A DNA stretch of 30,922 nt, taken from positions 1-30,922 of IMG/VR virus record IMGVR_UViG_3300042507_004482, one strand, 5' to 3'. Below, piece after piece: positions 20,725-28,085 of this stretch. This stretch comes from a virus. Taxonomy: Duplodnaviria; Caudoviricetes. Position 1 is the first letter of the stretch. Every line of letters begins with the position of its first letter. Below the pieces are notes generated by a model. It saw nothing but the letters and a program-made list of their open reading frames with translations, was not told the DNA's origin and searched no databases. Position numbers and translations under genes: made by a program.

Positions 20725-20726
20725 TT

Positions 20727-20939
20727 ATGACTCAATTGATTGCAGTATTAACAGTTGAACAAAAGGATTCTCTAATTGGAAAATTGGTTTGTCCTGATGT
20801 TTATTTTAATCCAATACAGGATGTGAATCTCGATTGGTTTATTTCCGTTGAGGAAATTGATAACTCAATTTATCCTGAGAACGAATGGGTAAAATCTTTA
20901 CCGTTATCAGAATATCCTGGTCCACTCGAAGATGAATAA
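20727..20939 (+). CDS. 70-aa acidic protein, possible partner or chaperone of the upstream lectin-like domain
   Basis: YFNPIQD...WFISVEE...WVKSLPL. It directly follows the stalk protein. Confidence 0.55.
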   Translation: MTQLIAVLTVEQKDSLIGKLVCPDVYFNPIQDVNLDWFISVEEIDNSIYPENEWVKSLPLSEYPGPLEDE

Positions 20940-20947
20940 AAAAAGAT

Positions 20948-20955
20948 ATATTTAT
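20948..20955 (+). promoter_or_regulatory. ATATTTAT motif
   Basis: Lies 4 nt before ATG 20960. Confidence 0.6.
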
Positions 20956-20959
20956 GAAT

Positions 20960-22165
20960 ATGAACGAATCTGTAAATAAAGAAAATATCCTAAAAGTATT
21001 TGATTTTGCACCTGCAAGAGTTCCAATAATTGAGGAAAACTTAATCATTAATACAAGAACGCCTTGGGTATATTACGGTGTCGCTAATCTTGCACCTCAG
21101 GAACTTATTCGTTTATACAACACATCCCCAACACATAGAGCCGCAGCAAATTCAAAGTGGTATGCCGTTCGTGGAGAATCAATTAAACTTGTATCAGGTG
21201 AAGATGATAGATTGGTAATGGTTAATTCTCTTGGTGATACAATGTATGATATATGGGAGAAATGTGTTCTCGACTTTATTTTATATGGGTCATTCGCAAT
21301 TAATATTGTCTATCGTAAAGATAGAGATATGGGTTTTGAAATGTATTATATGGACTTTTCAAAACTAAGAGCCGAAAAATCAGATTATCACGATAGAATT
21401 AATAACTGGTATTACTGTGCTGATTGGGCGTTCCCTAAGAAATTTGTTCCAAGAAAACTTCCAGCATTTAATCCGAATGCAGAAGAGCCAAGTCAGGTGT
21501 TTGTATACTCTACTCACTCAGCGGGAAACAACTACTACGCAACACCTACATATTGGGGTGGAGCAACAGCCATCTCAACTCAGGTTGAAATATTCAACTG
21601 GCATTATAACAACATCGTTAATGGATTATCTCCATCATTATTTGTTGGTATCAACTCAGGTATACCTGACCCTGAGCAAAGAGAAGAAATCTATAACAAC
21701 TTGATTGCAAAGTATGGTGGTAGCAACACATCAGGAAAATTGTTTTTAACATTCAGTGATGGTAAGGACCAAGCACCAACAATTGAACCAATCCCTCACA
21801 ATGGTTCTGATTCAATGTGGACAGAACTTAATGATATGGTTCAACAAGCAATCTTAACATCACATCAAATTTCATCTCCTGAATTACTTGGTATTATTAC
21901 ACCAGGTCAACTTGGAAATCCTGACCACTTAGAAGCACAGGACCACTTCCACAACCTTGTTGTGAAACCAATACAGACAGAGATTAAGAAGGTATTTGAG
22001 AAGTTGTTATTACTTAGAGATAAGAGACCAGCAGAGATTGAAATAGACCAATTTGAAATGGTTACCATCGCTGATAAAGCACCAATCAAGGTTGAAGAAA
22101 TTGATGAGAAAAAAGATGTCGCAGTTGATGAAAATAAAAATTTGAATGAAAATATAACCGAATGA
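20960..22165 (+). CDS. Portal protein
   Basis: ~400 aa with LYNTSPTHRA, NNIVNGLSPS, GGSNTSGK and ILTSHQISSPELLGI. The start is placed at 20960 because ATG 20954 lies inside the motif. Confidence 0.85.
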   Translation: MNESVNKENILKVFDFAPARVPIIEENLIINTRTPWVYYGVANLAPQELIRLYNTSPTHRAAANSKWYAVRGESIKLVSGEDDRLVMVNSLGDTMYDIWEKCVLDFILYGSFAINIVYRKDRDMGFEMYYMDFSKLRAEKSDYHDRINNWYYCADWAFPKKFVPRKLPAFNPNAEEPSQVFVYSTHSAGNNYYATPTYWGGATAISTQVEIFNWHYNNIVNGLSPSLFVGINSGIPDPEQREEIYNNLIAKYGGSNTSGKLFLTFSDGKDQAPTIEPIPHNGSDSMWTELNDMVQQAILTSHQISSPELLGIITPGQLGNPDHLEAQDHFHNLVVKPIQTEIKKVFEKLLLLRDKRPAEIEIDQFEMVTIADKAPIKVEEIDEKKDVAVDENKNLNENITE

Positions 22166-22767
22166 GTCAAGCAATAATTCCACAGAACATATTACTTGTT
22201 TCTGAAAACAAGTTAAAGAACTTTACAGACATTGACCAAAATGTTACAAGTTCAGTATTACTCCCATTCATAGGTGTCGTTCAGCAGACGAAGTTGGAAT
22301 ATATTATTGGTGCTCGTTACTATCGTGAATTATTACTTCAAGTATCTGGTTCAACTCTAACAGATATCAACGCAAATTTTCTAAATTATTTTGTTCAGCC
22401 AATGCTCATATGGGCAGCATACGCCGAAGCATTACCATCAATCTTTATGAGAATAAAGAACAATGGTATCGTTAATGGTGCTGAAAATACTGTTACAATT
22501 TCTGAGATGCAGTATATGCAAACAAGAGCGGATGATAGAAGCCAATTCTTCGAACAGAGAATGATTCAAGAGTTAGTATTTAATTCAAACAACTATCCAT
22601 TGGTATACAATTGGACAAGTAATGATGGATTGCAACCCCATCTTGGAAAGAATTACTTCTCAGGTGTTCACTTAAACAACGGTCAATGGTATAACTCAAT
22701 TGAAAATACAAGATTTCCTGGTATGGTTTATTTCGCTGACCCATCTTATTATTGTTGTGGATTATAA
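22162..22767 (+). CDS. Putative head-tail adaptor/connector
   Basis: 201-aa helical protein coupled to the portal gene (ATGA overlap). Contains LLPFI...Q.....IIG...Y and NNGI. Confidence 0.6.
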   Translation: MSQAIIPQNILLVSENKLKNFTDIDQNVTSSVLLPFIGVVQQTKLEYIIGARYYRELLLQVSGSTLTDINANFLNYFVQPMLIWAAYAEALPSIFMRIKNNGIVNGAENTVTISEMQYMQTRADDRSQFFEQRMIQELVFNSNNYPLVYNWTSNDGLQPHLGKNYFSGVHLNNGQWYNSIENTRFPGMVYFADPSYYCCGL

Positions 22768-22791
22768 TATAAAAATTAAATCAGGTCTATA

Positions 22792-23604
22792 ATGCCAATT
22801 CCAAAACCAAAAGAGGGAGAACAAGAACAGGACTACATTTCAAGATGTGCGAGAGCCATCGCTGATGAGTATCCTGATAATGCACAAAGAATAGCAGTAT
22901 GTTATTCTAAACTCAAAGAGAAAATGTCCAAAGATGAATTGTTCGTTCTTCAACCAAAGAAGAATGAGAACAGAGGTAACTATCTGTCCCGTTGTTCTAA
23001 GAACGGAAAGATGAGAGGTCAGTTCCCTAATATGAAAGAGAGAATGGGTTATTGTCTTAACTCGTTCAATTCGTATTACAAGTATTGGGCAAAAATGGAA
23101 GAATTTGGAGAGATACCAAAGGACTCCGCTCTTGGAATGTGTATTGCAAAAAAGAAAGCACAAGGTGTTGATTACAAACAAGCGTATAGAGAATGTGCAT
23201 CTAAGGTTGTTGTTCCATCAGGTCCAATAGTATTGGCTGAGGACTTAAACATCTATGGTGTTAGACCTAAGCATTTTGATATATGTCCTGTTGCGGTCGA
23301 ACTATTCAAACACTTCATTGATATGGGACTGAATGAAGAAACAATTGGTATGGTTCGTTCCGCAGCACTTGTTGCTGATAGAGTATTTGAAATTGAAAAA
23401 GAAGCAATTGAAGAAGAATATGTTGATGAAGATATGTTGATTGAAGCAATTGCTCTTGTGGAGGATTTCAAAGACATCATTCACGAAGTTGATGAAGAAA
23501 CTGGTATGGTTCACGATGTATCATTTATGGATGGTCACATCGAAAAAATCAAAACATATGTAGATATGGAAGATGATTTATTAATTGAACCTGTTGAATA
23601 TTGA
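22792..23604 (+). CDS. Hypothetical protein with a repeated two-Cys helical module and an acidic C-terminal domain
   Basis: Units PKPKEGEQEQDYISRC...QRIAVCY and QPKKNENRGNYLSRC...ERMGYCL, plus a third degenerate unit. Confidence 0.6.
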   Translation: MPIPKPKEGEQEQDYISRCARAIADEYPDNAQRIAVCYSKLKEKMSKDELFVLQPKKNENRGNYLSRCSKNGKMRGQFPNMKERMGYCLNSFNSYYKYWAKMEEFGEIPKDSALGMCIAKKKAQGVDYKQAYRECASKVVVPSGPIVLAEDLNIYGVRPKHFDICPVAVELFKHFIDMGLNEETIGMVRSAALVADRVFEIEKEAIEEEYVDEDMLIEAIALVEDFKDIIHEVDEETGMVHDVSFMDGHIEKIKTYVDMEDDLLIEPVEY

Positions 23605-23631
23605 TTTACCAAGATACAATCATATATTTAT
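23601..23631 (+). promoter_or_regulatory. Promoter TTGATT-N16-TATATTTAT
   Basis: Contains ATATTTAT at 23624-23631, 4 nt before the candidate sRNA stem. Confidence 0.6.
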
Positions 23632-23635
23632 AAGT

Positions 23636-23747
23636 GAGGTGAGTTTGCAGGTTTATCCCATTTAACATCTTTTTTTTTCTCACCTCATTTATTTATTTTT
23701 ATCCATTATAACGGGGGCTTCTATTCTTAGAAGTCCCTTTTTTTTTT
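23636..23747 (+). ncRNA. Candidate ~110-nt small RNA
   Basis: It has its own promoter, a 5' stem TGAGGTGAG/CTCACCTCA with a 35-nt pyrimidine-rich loop, a U-rich linker and a terminator. No credible ORF is present. Confidence 0.55.
23713..23747 (+). terminator. Rho-independent terminator
   Basis: GGGGGCTTCTA-TTCT-TAGAAGTCCCT running into a T10 tract. Confidence 0.9.
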
Positions 23748-23756
23748 AACTTTGCT

Positions 23757-23788
23757 TGATACTACACTCTACTTCACCTATATTTTAT
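23757..23788 (+). promoter_or_regulatory. Promoter TTGATA-N17-TATATT
   Basis: Near-duplicate of 29290-29321 (ttgatact.cac...actt.acctata). Confidence 0.6.
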
Positions 23789-23806
23789 TTATAAAAAAAA
23801 CACATT

Positions 23807-23983
23807 ATGGGACAAACAAAAAAACTATTGGACAGTATCTTCGAATTCGACTTCGATAATACATCTTATCCTGATGACTTGGATATGGATTATGAAATTT
23901 GGTTAGAAGAAAAAAAGGAGGCTGAAAGAGCAGCATATGAAGAACATTTGGCAGACCAAGCGAAATTTCATAACTTCGCATAA
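23807..23983 (+). CDS. 58-aa acidic hypothetical protein (not in the ORF track)
   Basis: MGQTKKLLDSIFEFDFDNTSYPDDLDMDYEIWLEEKKEAERAAYEEHLADQAKFHNFA. It has an A-rich leader and follows a promoter. Confidence 0.7.
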   Translation: MGQTKKLLDSIFEFDFDNTSYPDDLDMDYEIWLEEKKEAERAAYEEHLADQAKFHNFA

Positions 23984-23994
23984 AACAAATCAAT
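23947..23994 (+). promoter_or_regulatory. Bacteroidota-type promoter repeat, copy 1
   Basis: TTTG-N20-TAACTTCG-CATAAAA. Confidence 0.7.
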
Positions 23995-24306
23995 ATGAAC
24001 AATCAAACTTACAAACTACAAGGTTGTGACCTTTTTTTCAGAGACGAATTGACGAAAGATTTGGGTCTAACTATTGCGTATCAATCAATGCACATCATAA
24101 ATGATGTCGCAAAAACAAAAATGGTTACAATCGCCGATTATTCTTGGTCAAAAAAAGAAAAAAGATTTACCTTCCATCTAACACATAATCCTGTTTTGAA
24201 ACAAAAACAGGTAATCAAGATTCTCAATAAAATCTTTGACTGTGGTTTATTAGTGGATTGTGGTTTCTTGTGTAATGTTCCTGATGAAGAATCTGTTAAA
24301 AAATAA
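23995..24306 (+). CDS. Hypothetical protein
   Basis: 103-aa ORF directly after the promoter repeat. Confidence 0.65.
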   Translation: MNNQTYKLQGCDLFFRDELTKDLGLTIAYQSMHIINDVAKTKMVTIADYSWSKKEKRFTFHLTHNPVLKQKQVIKILNKIFDCGLLVDCGFLCNVPDEESVKK

Positions 24307-24311
24307 AAACA

Positions 24312-24470
24312 ATGGAAAATAAATTGAGAGAATTGATTGGTATTCTCGTTCAAGTGAATGAACAAGAAAGAATAGTTATGATTGATAAAATCATATCTGA
24401 ATTAAATGAACTAACCATATTATCAAACTATAAAAATATTCAACAATGCATAATAAGAAAAAACAAATAA
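24312..24470 (+). CDS. 52-aa hypothetical protein (not in the ORF track)
   Basis: MENKLRELIGILVQVNEQERIVMIDKIISELNELTILSNYKNIQQCIIRKNK. The start context is aaaacaATG and the ORF fills the gap. Confidence 0.55.
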   Translation: MENKLRELIGILVQVNEQERIVMIDKIISELNELTILSNYKNIQQCIIRKNK

Positions 24471-24637
24471 CTTTGACCCTCCAAGAATGGACAAGTATAT
24501 TAGGTTGGTGTGAAACTTACTATCACGAATACTTGACCGAAGAAGGAACACAAGAAAGAGAACAAGAAGAAAAATATGAAGAACTGTTCTATAATTCAGT
24601 AAAGAAACTTAAAAAAAAAATATACAATGAGAACTAA
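24446..24637 (+). CDS. Hypothetical protein
   Basis: 63-aa ORF overlapping both neighbours in operon fashion. Confidence 0.55.
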   Translation: MHNKKKQITLTLQEWTSILGWCETYYHEYLTEEGTQEREQEEKYEELFYNSVKKLKKKIYNEN

Positions 24638-24851
24638 GGAAGAACAAATCGTATTTCAGAATCAATCACATTTGGTTCAAAAGTATTTCACAGATTGTGG
24701 TATGTGTCCATCCTTACTTATGATTGCTTTAGCAACAGATGTAATGGTTGACTTCGCAATCAAAGGACCAACCAAAGAGGTCTTAACTCGCTTCGAGAAA
24801 ATGGAAGCATATATTCAATCAGAAAAAGATAAGAATGCAAAGAAAGTATGA
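24627..24851 (+). CDS. Hypothetical protein
   Basis: 74-aa ORF with an A-rich start context. Confidence 0.6.
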   Translation: MRTKEEQIVFQNQSHLVQKYFTDCGMCPSLLMIALATDVMVDFAIKGPTKEVLTRFEKMEAYIQSEKDKNAKKV

Positions 24852-25107
24852 TGTGGTGTTAACATTCATATTCCCTAATCAACAAGAGTCATATGTTATT
24901 TGGGATATTGAAATGTATTCACAGATTAGAAATACACAGAAGTTTATTGACTTCGTTTTGGATGGGGACAAAAATGGATTTGGTGTGAACCCGATTGAGG
25001 TTCACGCCTCCATTTATCTCAACGCTCAAGTGCAAGAAATCCCAACCCCAATGGGTAATGAATTAATTATCATCGGGAAAAAAATCCTTTTGTTGGATTC
25101 ATATTAA
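24835..25107 (+). CDS. Hypothetical protein, paralog of 26029..26337
   Basis: The pattern V(L/I)TF...N / LD.(D/E)KN...G.NP..V...IY.NA is shared. Confidence 0.65.
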   Translation: MQRKYDVVLTFIFPNQQESYVIWDIEMYSQIRNTQKFIDFVLDGDKNGFGVNPIEVHASIYLNAQVQEIPTPMGNELIIIGKKILLLDSY

Positions 25108-25137
25108 TTCATATCTTTGTCTCCTAAATCAATCACA
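25089..25137 (+). promoter_or_regulatory. Bacteroidota-type promoter repeat, copy 2
   Basis: TTTG-N19-TATCTTTG, an exact match to the -33/-7 consensus TTTG...TAnnTTTG. Confidence 0.8.
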
Positions 25138-25707
25138 ATGGAGACATCAAGAGGAATAGTAAAAAATTTAGACAATTTTAAGGGTATTGAACCACTTATC
25201 GGTTGGGATACTTGTTTGTATCGTGCTCAGTTTATGGAGAAGGCGTATAACTTCACAGCGGAATGTGGAACAGTTCTCTATTGGTCAAATTCTGCTAAAT
25301 CGTGGAATTGGGGTTACGATTTTCATTACTGGTTAATCGATGAAAATGGTGACCTATATGACTCTCACTATGCTTTAACTAATGTAAGTGAAATGTCTCC
25401 ACATAGTTGGAAGTTCAGAGCCCCCAAGACATTCAAATATCTCCTGATAAATTGTAATGATTTTAATGTGGGTGGTGATTACGACAAACTTGAAATCAAG
25501 GATATTGAGAAATGGGCAACCAAATACATTTCAAAATCAAAGTATGATATGATTTATGTGTATGGTGTGGGACAATTGAATGGACAGGTTGCCAGAGAAG
25601 AAGAACTTTATGACCATTTGTATAAGAACTTTGACGACATAAGGTCTGTCGCAATGTTGGACACAGTTCAAAGACAAGTAAAATTAATTTTGTCTGAATC
25701 AAACTAA
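25138..25707 (+). CDS. Hypothetical protein, possible transglutaminase/papain-like Cys-His-Asp fold
   Basis: TCLYRA...FHYWLIDENGDLYD. The start is moved to ATG 25138 because TTG 25117 lies inside the promoter. Confidence 0.5.
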   Translation: METSRGIVKNLDNFKGIEPLIGWDTCLYRAQFMEKAYNFTAECGTVLYWSNSAKSWNWGYDFHYWLIDENGDLYDSHYALTNVSEMSPHSWKFRAPKTFKYLLINCNDFNVGGDYDKLEIKDIEKWATKYISKSKYDMIYVYGVGQLNGQVAREEELYDHLYKNFDDIRSVAMLDTVQRQVKLILSESN

Positions 25708-25735
25708 ATCGTAACTTAGCATAAAATCATCAATT
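25689..25735 (+). promoter_or_regulatory. Promoter repeat, copy 3
   Basis: TTTG-N19-TAACTTAG-CATAAAATCA. Confidence 0.7.
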
Positions 25736-26017
25736 ATGAAACTATCAGTATTAGACGGTTTTCAAGTAGAAAACCAAGAGTATCAAGTGGGATTATTATT
25801 CTACTATCCCACAGGTAAGCACAAACTTCGTGCTCAGATTTGGAATCTGAAAACAGATGATGTATTGTTTGAAACAATCATTTCGGATTGGAATAAAGCC
25901 GTTGCGATGGCTTGCACTTGGCAACACATCACAGGTGAAGAAAATGTCGAAGGACGAATGAAAAAAATTATTTCTGAAATGCGTGGTGAATCAAAAAAAT
26001 CCCCTAACTTCGTGTAA
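25736..26017 (+). CDS. Hypothetical protein
   Basis: 93-aa ORF between repeats 3 and 4. Confidence 0.65.
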   Translation: MKLSVLDGFQVENQEYQVGLLFYYPTGKHKLRAQIWNLKTDDVLFETIISDWNKAVAMACTWQHITGEENVEGRMKKIISEMRGESKKSPNFV

Positions 26018-26028
26018 AATTATTAATT
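25982..26028 (+). promoter_or_regulatory. Promoter repeat, copy 4
   Basis: CGTG-N19 (containing GAATCAAA)-TAACTTCG-TGTAAAATT. Confidence 0.6.
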
Positions 26029-26337
26029 ATGGAAAACTTAGTTATCACTTTCAAGTATGAAAACGGAAATATCAATCAGATTATGTCCAAATCTGATTTT
26101 GATAAACTCGTTAATATGTGGGGTTTTGACGAACTAAAATCTATTCTTTTGGATGATGAAAAAAATTGTTTACAGGTTGGAACTAATCCCGAGCAAGTTT
26201 CAATAGACATCTATGAGAATGCGAGATTAATTCCCGTTCAATCAACACCTGGCACTTTACCTCACCTGTTAGGTGAACCTTATACCTATGAAGTATCAGG
26301 AACAAGATTGGATAATTTTTTGGTGTTATCAAACTAA
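26029..26337 (+). CDS. Hypothetical protein, paralog of 24835..25107
   Basis: 102-aa ORF between repeats 4 and 5. Confidence 0.65.
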   Translation: MENLVITFKYENGNINQIMSKSDFDKLVNMWGFDELKSILLDDEKNCLQVGTNPEQVSIDIYENARLIPVQSTPGTLPHLLGEPYTYEVSGTRLDNFLVLSN

Positions 26338-26367
26338 TTCTTTAACTTCGTATAAAATTAAGAAACA
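26319..26367 (+). promoter_or_regulatory. Promoter repeat, copy 5
   Basis: TTTG-N20 (containing ATCAAACTAA)-TAACTTCG-TATAAAATTAAGAAACA. Confidence 0.7.
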
Positions 26368-26625
26368 ATGGAAAACAAATTAGATGTATGGATGATTTCA
26401 AGAATCTCCGCTTTCACAGGATTCAGTGTTGGTTCAACACAAGGTAATTTGGTTGTATGGTATTTGAATGATGGTAAACATCATTATGAAATCCGTCTTG
26501 ACTTCGATACTAAGGAGTTAGGTTTTGTGGATTGGGTTGGTGATGATAAGACCTATTACTCATTGGTTGGGGTTGCGATGATGGCAGAATTTACAACAGA
26601 AGATTATTTCACCGAAAAAAACTAA
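26368..26625 (+). CDS. Hypothetical protein
   Basis: 85-aa ORF after repeat 5. Confidence 0.65.
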   Translation: MENKLDVWMISRISAFTGFSVGSTQGNLVVWYLNDGKHHYEIRLDFDTKELGFVDWVGDDKTYYSLVGVAMMAEFTTEDYFTEKN

Positions 26626-26630
26626 TACTA

Positions 26631-26909
26631 ATGAATTTCGCACAACATACTCTTTTCGGAATGGTTTGTAGTCATTTGGTTAATGAATTCCAATATGACC
26701 CCTGTGTTGAGGAAGCATTGGAAATGCAGAATCTAATTGTAGAGTTAGATGAAAATGGTATTCAGTATGATGAATTGACTCATTCTGAATCCATAGAAGT
26801 ATATCCTGAAAATGTATATGAAATCTTTCAATCATTTTATTTAGTGAACGAAGACACAATTTTGGAATTAGCATCAGAAAATAATTCTAATATCAAAGAA
26901 ATCCTTTAA
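26631..26909 (+). CDS. Highly acidic hypothetical protein
   Basis: 92 aa, rich in E/D with a single Lys and no Arg. Confidence 0.65.
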   Translation: MNFAQHTLFGMVCSHLVNEFQYDPCVEEALEMQNLIVELDENGIQYDELTHSESIEVYPENVYEIFQSFYLVNEDTILELASENNSNIKEIL

Positions 26910-26931
26910 CTTAGCATAAAATCAAGAAACA
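26884..26931 (+). promoter_or_regulatory. Promoter repeat, copy 6
   Basis: ATCAAA...TAACTTAG-CATAAAATCAAGAAACA-ATG. The -33 box is degenerate. Confidence 0.6.
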
Positions 26932-27153
26932 ATGAAAAAATTCCTTTTGGTCGCAATCACCTCAATTGCACTTATGTCTTGTGAGAAAACAGACATCCTA
27001 CCAGTATCAGCCCAAACTACCACTACAACTCAACCTTGTAATGGTAAGAGAACCGTATCTGTTCAATGTGTCGGGACAACTCAGGCAGGTTCTCGTTGTA
27101 AGAATTTAACCCTATCTTGTAACTCAAAATGCCATCTTCACGGTGGTAACTAA
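26932..27153 (+). CDS. Small lipoprotein with a C-terminal Cys/His module (DUF5763-like)
   Basis: Signal peptide MKKFLLVAITSIALMS-C with a lipobox. C-terminal QCVGTTQAGSRCKN...KCHLH. Confidence 0.7.
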   Translation: MKKFLLVAITSIALMSCEKTDILPVSAQTTTTTQPCNGKRTVSVQCVGTTQAGSRCKNLTLSCNSKCHLHGGN

Positions 27154-27164
27154 AATCTATTACT

Positions 27165-27338
27165 ATGTTATTCAAATCTATTGTTAGAGGTTTCGGTCAT
27201 ACTGTTGGTTCAAGAGGAGCAAACAGAGTTATGAGGTCATCAGGTATTGATGGTATATTCAATGTGGTGTGGGGTTTTGTGAAGTGGTGTATTATCATTA
27301 CCTTTATTATCGGAATGTTACAAGGTCTATTTTCTTAA
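27165..27338 (+). CDS. 57-aa membrane protein (not in the ORF track)
   Basis: MLFKSIVRGFGHTVGSRGANRVMRSSGIDGIFNVVWGFVKWCIIITFIIGMLQGLFS, with a hydrophobic C-terminal helix. Confidence 0.6.
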   Translation: MLFKSIVRGFGHTVGSRGANRVMRSSGIDGIFNVVWGFVKWCIIITFIIGMLQGLFS

Positions 27339-27356
27339 TCATTAAAAACTATCACT

Positions 27357-27575
27357 ATGACCCTACAAGAATTAGTAGATGAAGATTATGTTTTACAACA
27401 ATATCATCAAACTGATTATGTTTCTGATGAAGAAAGTTTAACTGAAATATTATGGTGGAATGAAGAAGGTTCGGGTAATTACTACGATTTGGACCAAGAA
27501 TCATATCATCAGATTGTTGAACCTTTCGTAAAAAAAATTATGACCAAACATAATTTGAAACCAAAATTTCACTAA
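27357..27575 (+). CDS. Acidic hypothetical protein
   Basis: 72-aa ORF whose stop is the TAA of the next TAACTTTG box. Confidence 0.6.
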   Translation: MTLQELVDEDYVLQQYHQTDYVSDEESLTEILWWNEEGSGNYYDLDQESYHQIVEPFVKKIMTKHNLKPKFH

Positions 27576-27595
27576 CTTTGTCTTTTAATCATCAA
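27554..27595 (+). promoter_or_regulatory. Promoter repeat, copy 7
   Basis: TAACTTTG is a perfect -7 box at 27573-27580. The upstream TTTG is only 15 nt away. Confidence 0.5.
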
Positions 27596-27635
27596 TTAAC
27601 ATCGGGGACAGGACACAATCTGAACAACTATAACT

Positions 27636-28067
27636 ATGATTGGAGCAATCGCCAACCCGACCAAGAAGGTCACTATTGATTTCCCTATGTCTCAGGTAAA
27701 GGACTGTGTTCTTACCATTCCAAAGGTTTTTACCAAATATCGTATTCAATCACAGAACCCAATGTTCAATCAGTATACATTCGAAGCGTCAGAGTTCCTG
27801 TCTCTCGGTGTATTCATCGACATCAATCTCACAGAGGTTGGTCCTAACAAGACCGAGATTTCCATTGAAGTCCGTAGAAAGTTAGGAGCGTTCGACAATT
27901 GGGTTGAGGTTCAGAATGCGAACGAACATATTCAAAATATTATTACCGCCATCTCGAAGGCTTTGACTACTCCTAATGGACAGGTTCAAGAGGTTAAACA
28001 AAAATCTTTGCTACCTGAAATCATTGGATTCGTTATCGGTATCATCATCTTATTATCTTTGTTATAG
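27636..28067 (+). CDS. Hypothetical protein with a C-terminal membrane anchor
   Basis: 143 aa ending LLPEIIGFVIGIIILLSLL. Confidence 0.7.
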   Translation: MIGAIANPTKKVTIDFPMSQVKDCVLTIPKVFTKYRIQSQNPMFNQYTFEASEFLSLGVFIDINLTEVGPNKTEISIEVRRKLGAFDNWVEVQNANEHIQNIITAISKALTTPNGQVQEVKQKSLLPEIIGFVIGIIILLSLL

Positions 28068-28085
28068 TGGTTGTTTCTTGATGAT

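Noticed and set aside
23805-24365. Minus-strand ORFs 23805..24002 and 24138..24365
   Set aside because: They overlap better-supported plus-strand genes that have promoters.
27165-27338. 57-aa membrane protein as a holin
   Set aside because: It sits in an early cassette under a host-type promoter with no endolysin nearby, so the holin call is unsupported.
23947-27635. Promoter repeats as CRISPR repeats or integron attC sites
   Set aside because: The repeats are degenerate and non-palindromic and are separated by whole genes. No cas or integrase gene is present.
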